Of a stretch of 20,000 nt of DNA, positions 14,676 to 20,000 are shown piece by piece. Within the stretch, counting starts at the first letter, position 1. Every line of letters starts with the position of its first letter. The DNA comes from an uncultured virus (IMG/VR IMGVR_UViG_3300044591_001667) (taxonomy: Duplodnaviria; Heunggongvirae; Uroviricota; Caudoviricetes): IMG/VR virus record IMGVR_UViG_3300044591_001667, one strand, 5' to 3'. The notes under the pieces were generated by a model. The model was given only the letters and a program-made list of their open reading frames with translations. It was not told where the DNA came from and did not search any database. The translations under genes were made by a program, and so were the position numbers.

Positions 14676-15119
14676 ATGTCATCCCTTGATGACACTTGGT
14701 CTACGCCAAGAAGTTACTATGCCAAGGTAGATGCAGAGTTTAACTTTGCTTTGGATGCAGCAGCTCTGCAGTCCTCTACTTTGGTAGCAGGTAATTGGTA
14801 TGGACCAGATCACCCAGAGACAGATAGACGAGACGCCTTCAAACGCGATTGGACTGTCGATGCTCAAGGTGGAGCTGTTTGGCTCAATCCTCCTTATGGC
14901 AAGACCATTAAGGATTGGATGAGAAAGGCTGATGCTGAATCTCAAAAAGGAGCTATCGTTGTGTGCCTAGTGCCATCAAGAACGGACACTGCTTGGTTTC
15001 ACGACTACGCAATACACCACGAAGTTCGTTTTATTCGTGGACGGCTAAAGTTTGGTAACTCGACCAACGCAGCCCCCTTCCCCAGCGCTTTGGTGGTCAT
15101 GAGACCACTAAACAGATAG
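14676..15119 (+). CDS. phage DNA N6-adenine methyltransferase (Dam-type)
   Basis: DTWSTP, FALDAAA, WLNPPYG, LVPSRTDTAWF, FIRGRLKF and APFPS. The start could instead be 14610. Confidence 0.9.
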   Translation: MSSLDDTWSTPRSYYAKVDAEFNFALDAAALQSSTLVAGNWYGPDHPETDRRDAFKRDWTVDAQGGAVWLNPPYGKTIKDWMRKADAESQKGAIVVCLVPSRTDTAWFHDYAIHHEVRFIRGRLKFGNSTNAAPFPSALVVMRPLNR

Positions 15120-15133
15120 AAAGGTAGTTAGTT

Positions 15134-15367
15134 ATGAATATCGATTGGCAAGCACCCTTCAAGTTAGCCTTTGATTTAGGTCTATTCCTTGTTGGATCTC
15201 TATTAGTAGTAATTATTGTTGGATTCTGTCTTCTTGTGCTCTACGCAATCGTAAAGACTTTTTTCCAAGCTTTTGCTAGAGCAAAGGCAAACGTAGAGTC
15301 TGGTAAGCACTCAAAGCCTAAGAAAAAGGAAGAGCCAAAGCCAAACCACCTAAAGCCAGTGCAGTAG
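15134..15367 (+). CDS. small membrane protein
   Basis: Long hydrophobic segment, basic tail and an AAGGT RBS. Confidence 0.7.
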   Translation: MNIDWQAPFKLAFDLGLFLVGSLLVVIIVGFCLLVLYAIVKTFFQAFARAKANVESGKHSKPKKKEEPKPNHLKPVQ

Positions 15368-15375
15368 GTGATGCT

Positions 15376-16095
15376 TTGATTCCAGAATTGAAGTTTAGTT
15401 CTGATGTTGTTGTAGAACTTGTAAAGCACAGCGCATCGGATGACGATGTAGCTTTTGCTGCCCGAGTATCTACTTTGGGTGAGAGAGCTCAGTCCCAGAT
15501 TGGGGCCGAGGACTCGAAGCTTGGCGGTCTTATTAACTTTTTAATGCGAGACCGCCATGGCTCACCATTTGAGCACTCTGTCTTTACTTTTTATGTAAAG
15601 GCTCCTATTTTTGTATGGCGCGAGCATATGCGTCATCGCATCGCTTCATACAATGAAGAGTCTGGTCGTTATCGAGTTTTAGACCCTGAGTTCTATATCC
15701 CTAATAAAGATAGAAAACTGCTTCAGATTGGTAAACCAGGAGCATATGTTTTTGAAGACGGTACTGATGAACAGCATGCAATTGTCTACAGTAACTATCG
15801 CCGGGTCTGTAAACAGTCTTATATGGAGTATGAAGAGATGGTAAGGCTTGGTATTGCTCGAGAAGTTGCTCGAGGGGTTTTACCTCTAACTATTTACTCT
15901 TCGGCTTATGTCACCATCAACTCACGAAGCCTTATGAACTTTCTATCTCTTCGACGTAACGTTGAGGGGCAGAGTTTTCCCTCATACCCACAACGCGAGA
16001 TTGAGATGGTGGCAGAGAAGTATGAAGAGTTTTTCAAAGAACTTATGCCTCTAACTCACAAAGCTTTTGTTGAGAATGGAAGAGTTGCTCCGTGA
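15376..16095 (+). CDS. thyX: FAD-dependent thymidylate synthase
   Basis: HGSPFEH, signature RHRIASYNEESGRY, AREVARGVLP, NSRSLMNFLSLR and QREI. Confidence 0.96.
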   Translation: MIPELKFSSDVVVELVKHSASDDDVAFAARVSTLGERAQSQIGAEDSKLGGLINFLMRDRHGSPFEHSVFTFYVKAPIFVWREHMRHRIASYNEESGRYRVLDPEFYIPNKDRKLLQIGKPGAYVFEDGTDEQHAIVYSNYRRVCKQSYMEYEEMVRLGIAREVARGVLPLTIYSSAYVTINSRSLMNFLSLRRNVEGQSFPSYPQREIEMVAEKYEEFFKELMPLTHKAFVENGRVAP

Positions 16096-16775
16096 CTAAT
16101 GGGATTGCATATTGTTATGCACGTGTATCAACCCAGATGCAAGCAGAAGAAGGCGTCTCACTTGACGGGCAAGAACGTCAACTGATTGCAGCAGCAGAAG
16201 CAGCTGGGTATGAAGCCGTGATTCTTCGTGAAGAAGGTAAGTCTGGTAAAAGTATTACTGGCAGACCTGTTTTGCGGAAAGCTTTAGATGAATTAGATGC
16301 TGGAAAAGCGCAAGCACTTTTTGTAACTCGCTTAGACAGACTTGCTCGTTCGACTCGTGACTTTCTTAGCATTGTTGACCGTTCACATAAATACGAATGG
16401 CGTTTAGCACTTCTTGATTTGGGATTGGACACTGGAACTTATCAAGGACGTTTTGTTGTAACCATCATGTCAGCAATGGCAGAGATGGAGCGCGGAATGA
16501 TTTCTATGCGTCAAAAAGATGTACATAAGGACCGTAGAGACGCTGGCAAAGTGTGGGGAGTCACTATTGGTCCTAAGTCTCCTCTTTCAACGGAAGTTAA
16601 AGAAAAGATATACAGTCAACGTTTAGCTGGACTTTCATACGGAAAAATTGCTGAAAGTTTAGAAAATGACAACATAGTTCCCCCTCGTGGTGGAAGCGGT
16701 TGGTATGCAGCAAATGTAAGACACATTTTTTTGACTTATTCAAAAGAGAAAAGCATTTTAGATAAATCCTCGTAA
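16092..16775 (+). CDS. serine recombinase (resolvase family) with a short C-terminal DNA-binding/recombinase-like domain
   Basis: YARVST (catalytic Ser), SGKSITGRP, VTRLDRLARS and AEMER. C-terminal GLSYGKIAESL...PPRGGSGW. Confidence 0.9.
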   Translation: MTNGIAYCYARVSTQMQAEEGVSLDGQERQLIAAAEAAGYEAVILREEGKSGKSITGRPVLRKALDELDAGKAQALFVTRLDRLARSTRDFLSIVDRSHKYEWRLALLDLGLDTGTYQGRFVVTIMSAMAEMERGMISMRQKDVHKDRRDAGKVWGVTIGPKSPLSTEVKEKIYSQRLAGLSYGKIAESLENDNIVPPRGGSGWYAANVRHIFLTYSKEKSILDKSS

Positions 16776-16816
16776 GGTAAAATTATCTTGTAGTTTGAAT
16801 GGACAACAGACTACAA

Positions 16817-16840
16817 ACAGGCGGTTTGCTAGCCGCTTGT
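16817..16840 (+). promoter_or_regulatory. hairpin in the 5' leader of the giant surface protein gene
   Basis: ACAGGCGGTT-TGCT-AGCCGCTTGT, lying between a TAAAAT -10 (16778-16783) and the GGAGG RBS (16854-16858). Confidence 0.4.
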
Positions 16841-16865
16841 ATTGCCGTGCGTTGGAGGCAGTGCT

Positions 16866-19800
16866 TTGTTGCGTACTATTTTTGGAAGAACCCAGAACAA
16901 TCTAAAAAGATTTTGGGTATCAGTTGCTGCCACCCCTTTTATAATTTTTTTCATTGGAGTTCTAGCTCCACAAGTTGCACATGCTTCTGACGAACAGGGG
17001 GTCCAACCACCACAAGACCCAAACCAAACGCCAAATTTAAATGCGTCGTCGGGAGGTGATCCACAAGCTTCTTCCAGTGGCTCAACGCAAGAGCAAATCA
17101 CAGAAGCGGCAACCGCAGTAGCAACAGCGGTATCTGAAGTAGCAACTCTAAACACACAAGTAACTCAGATTACGGAGGTAGCAACATCAATATCTCAACC
17201 TTCCACGCAAATAACAGAGGCAGTATCTAGCGCACAGACCTCAGTAACAGAAGCATCCATAGCTGTTCAGACTGCAAATACAGCAGTTCAGTCAGGTCAA
17301 ACAGCAGTTACAGTCTCTCAAGTAGCAAATCAAACATTAGCTCAAGCAACTGCCACAGTAACAACTCAAACAGCAGTAGTAGAAGCAGCACAAACAACTC
17401 TTACTCAAGCATCAACAGCAGTAGATTCTCAAGAGACAGTAGTAGCTTCCGCTCAGGCAGAGGCAACATCAACAGCAGAAGCAGCAAGTGCTTCTAATAC
17501 ATCTACAACAGTTACAGAAACTTTTGCAAATAACACCACAAGCGTAGTCACAGTTACTACTGGATCTGGTGTAACTATTGGTGGTAATTGGAATACTGCT
17601 CAAACATCAGGATCGGGTCTTGTAATTCAATACCCAGCAAATGATGTTGTTATTGATGTAAACCCAAGCAACACTGGAACTGTCACTTCTGTGACCATGG
17701 GCGTATACGCTAAAAATGGCGATACAGAGATGGTAGCAATAAACACGGATGGTTCAACTACTAGTACAGTGATTGATAATAACGTTTCTTCTGAGACACA
17801 AGCAGTTGGCTACACTTCTACTGAAACCATAACAGGCTCATCTATTGAGACACTGATAATTAAAAAAGATGCTGACTACTACATTATTGACAATATTGCT
17901 GTAACAAAGACTACTTCTGACCCAGCTCTCACAGCAGCAGCTCAAGAAGCAGCTACAACTTTAGCTACAGCTCAAGCAACACTTACTACTCTTCAAGCTG
18001 CAGAATCTACAGCTACAGCAACTTTATCTTCGGAACAAACAACTTTAGTTCAGGCTCAAAATACAGAATCTACAGCAACTACTGTTGCTCAAGCTGCTTC
18101 TGCAGCTATGACAACTTTAGTTTCAACAGCAGTGACAGCTACAGAAACAGCAGTATCAGAGGTTAAAGAAGCTAAGGTTGAAGTTGCAGAGGCTCAGGTA
18201 ACTGTGTCCGCAGCAGCAATCGAGGTTGTCTCTAATACACTACAAACAGTAGTTACATCTTCAGATGCTCTTCCATTACAGAAACCAGAAGTAGTTTCCG
18301 TAGTTGATGCTGCTGTAGATGCAGTAGTTGAAGCTCAGGAAGCAGTTGAAGCAGCACAAACTGCTATGGAGACTGCAGTAACTCTTGCATCTACTGCACC
18401 TACAGTTGCAGCAGCGACAGCAGTTGTAGAAGATAAAACTCAAGTTCTAGCCACTGCCTCTGCAGCAGTAGACGCTCAAGAAGTAGTAGTAACGCAAGCC
18501 GTTACTACCGAGGCTGCTGCACAGGCAGTTGTTGATTCTGCTACAAGCCAAGGACTAAAGGTTGAGGTCTACAGTGTTGCAGGACAAAACAACGCTCCAG
18601 TTGTTCCAGAAGGTGCAACACCTATTCACACAACCACTGACACCAATGGGATCAGCGAACAATGGGGTGGAGGAGCTGTTGCAGGATCTAATAGAGCAGA
18701 AGATGTAGTTGTTAAATACACAGGAACTTGGACACCTTCAGTTGATGTAACTCATGTCTATGCTCCAGCAGATGATGGAGTAAAGCTTTATCTTGATGGT
18801 CAGCTTGTAATTAACGACTGGTATGACAAGGGTGGCGGAGGAAGTGTTGTCGAACAGACAATCTCTGCGGGAGATAGTAAAGAGTTTGAGCTGTGGTATT
18901 ACGAAAATGGCGGGGGAGCTGGCGTTTGGTTCTATCGTCACAACAATTCAACTGGCATGGTTATAGCTCCCGGTTCTGAGTTCTCTCAAACAACTGCTAC
19001 CGCCGAGCAACTTCAGACTTTAGCAACTGCAGAAGCAACTTTAGCTACAGAGACCCAAACACTTTCAACTTTACAAGCTACAGAAACTGCAGCTACTACT
19101 AATCTTCAAAATGCTCAAGCAAATCTTCAAGCAGCCAATACTGCAGTTGCTGCAATGGATGCCGCTATTACTGCAGCACAAACTGCAATAACAGAAACAG
19201 TCGAGGCAATTACAGCTGTACAAACTGCACAAACAGTCGTGGAGCAAGAAGTTATTCTTCAAAGCCCAATTGGGGCACCAACAAATATTGTTGTCACACA
19301 GTTAGAAAATGGCGATGTCCAAGTTTCATGGGACCCACCAACAGGCGTGATTTCACCAGAACGTTATGCAATTTCTTGGTCTGTTGGAGATAGCGGATGG
19401 GGTGTTGCAACTGGTAATGCAGGAGACGCTAATGCTCTCAATACAAGCATTGTTCTTTCAGCAGCTTTGTTTGAAAGCACTGGTGGATTAGACACCACTT
19501 ACCAAATTAGTGTTCGTTCAGATAATGATTCATTGGCTAAATATTCAACAACAACTGCTACTCAGCTACTCGTCGTTGATCCCACCCCGGCTCCAGAACC
19601 TCAACCTTCTCCTCAACCTGAACCAAATCCCAATCCAAATCCAGAGCCTCAGCCTGATCCCGAAACTGAACCCACACCAACCCAGCCAGAGCCAGAGCCA
19701 GAGACGCCGCAAGAGCCACAGCCAGAACCAGAGCCAGAACCCACCACACCTGAAGAAGAAAATCCATCTGAGCCTCCTACTGAGCCCGAACCTGAACCAG

Positions 19801-20000
19801 AGACTCCTGTTGAGCCTGAACCAGAACCTGAAACACCTGTGGAACCAGAACCTGAACCAGAGACTCCTGTTGAGCCTGAACCAGAACCTGAAACACCTGT
19901 GGAACCAGAACCTGAACCAGAGACTCCTGTTGAGCCTGAACCAGAACCTGAAACACCTGTGGAACCAGAACCTGAACCAGAGACTCCTGTTGAGCCTGAA
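16866..20000 (+). CDS. 3'-truncated giant secreted/surface protein: signal peptide, Ala/Thr coiled-coil stalks, PA14 domain, FN3-like domain, Pro-Glu repeats
   Basis: TTG start 7 nt after GGAGG. The frame is consistent to the window end (1045 codons, spot-checked). Signal [18 protein letters not shown]14 at ~18550-18990 ([27 protein letters not shown]); FN3 at ~19265-19580 (APTNIVV, VSWDPP, YQISVRS). Confidence 0.88.
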   Translation, partial: MLRTIFGRTQNNLKRFWVSVAATPFIIFFIGVLAPQVAHASDEQGVQPPQDPNQTPNLNASSGGDPQASSSGSTQEQITEAATAVATAVSEVATLNTQVTQITEVATSISQPSTQITEAVSSAQTSVTEASIAVQTANTAVQSGQTAVTVSQVANQTLAQATATVTTQTAVVEAAQTTLTQASTAVDSQETVVASAQAEATSTAEAASASNTSTTVTETFANNTTSVVTVTTGSGVTIGGNWNTAQTSGSGLVIQYPANDVVIDVNPSNTGTVTSVTMGVYAKNGDTEMVAINTDGSTTSTVIDNNVSSETQAVGYTSTETITGSSIETLIIKKDADYYIIDNIAVTKTTSDPALTAAAQEAATTLATAQATLTTLQAAESTATATLSSEQTTLVQAQNTESTATTVAQAASAAMTTLVSTAVTATETAVSEVKEAKVEVAEAQVTVSAAAIEVVSNTLQTVVTSSDALPLQKPEVVSVVDAAVDAVVEAQEAVEAAQTAMETAVTLASTAPTVAAATAVVEDKTQVLATASAAVDAQEVVVTQAVTTEAAAQAVVDSATSQGLKVEVYSVAGQNNAPVVPEGATPIHTTTDTNGISEQWGGGAVAGSNRAEDVVVKYTGTWTPSVDVTHVYAPADDGVKLYLDGQLVINDWYDKGGGGSVVEQTISAGDSKEFELWYYENGGGAGVWFYRHNNSTGMVIAPGSEFSQTTATAEQLQTLATAEATLATETQTLSTLQATETAATTNLQNAQANLQAANTAVAAMDAAITAAQTAITETVEAITAVQTAQTVVEQEVILQSPIGAPTNIVVTQLENGDVQVSWDPPTGVISPERYAISWSVGDSGWGVATGNAGDANALNTSIVLSAALFESTGGLDTTYQISVRSDNDSLAKYSTTTATQLLVVDPTPAPEPQPSPQPEPNPNPNPEPQPDPETEPTPTQPEPEPETPQEPQPEPEPEPTTPEEENPSEPPTEPEPEPETPVEPEPEPETPVEPEPEPETPVEPEPEPETPVEPEPEPETPVEPEPEPETPVEPEPEPETPVEPE
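19788..20000 (+). repeat. perfect 60-bp coding tandem repeat (~3.5 copies, continuing off the window) encoding ([10 protein letters not shown])n
   Basis: The lines starting at 19801, 19861 and 19921 are identical. Each unit is two synonymously diverged 30-bp halves. Confidence 0.95.

Noticed and set aside
16092..16775. IS607 TnpA or prophage integrase
   Set aside because: It has no N-terminal MerR-like HTH and no tnpB, and it is too short for a large serine integrase.
16799..17155. Track ORFs 16799..16990 (+) and 16829..17155 (-)
   Set aside because: They are shadows of the giant + strand gene starting at 16866, which has the RBS and signal peptide.
18738..19767. Minus-strand ORFs 18738..18941, 19071..19262 (Cys-rich) and 19558..19767
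   Set aside because: Antisense by-products of the GCA/ACA- and CCA/GAA-rich codons of the surface protein.
19788..20000. 60-bp repeats as CRISPR or a non-coding satellite
   Set aside because: There are no spacers and the repeat is in frame within the surface protein.
1..20000. Stop-codon reassignment
   Set aside because: Genes are full length and tightly packed under the standard code, and TAA, TAG and TGA are all used as stops.

Overview
This window looks like a segment of a large, fairly AT-rich dsDNA bacteriophage genome. The host is probably actinobacterial, inferred from an actinobacterial-type PduO N-terminus and many apparently leaderless TANNNT-N6-start genes. It is a dense accessory region. 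Enzymes and related genes: an ABC-ATPase/GNAT fusion, a pyruvyl-transferase-like protein, two tandem paralogues plus a distant relative, a cytidylyltransferase, an SNase-like nuclease, a SAM methyltransferase, an AhpD-like protein, a phage Dam-type methylase, ThyX and a serine recombinase. Envelope and other genes: a putative cobalamin module, tRNA-Thr(UGU), a lipoprotein/membrane protein/CHAP cluster, an NlpC/P60 protein, and a >1045-aa PA14/FN3/Pro-Glu-repeat surface protein that is absent from the ORF track. The most notable unexplained signals are: (i) a polar ~23-bp motif with invariant core GAGCCCGGAAAA, present five times on the same strand; (ii) a ~118-nt structured leader that sequesters the RBS of the NlpC/P60 gene; (iii) the cobalamin module; and (iv) a candidate sRNA at ~8893-8973. 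All family calls come from motif recognition by eye, not from database searches.
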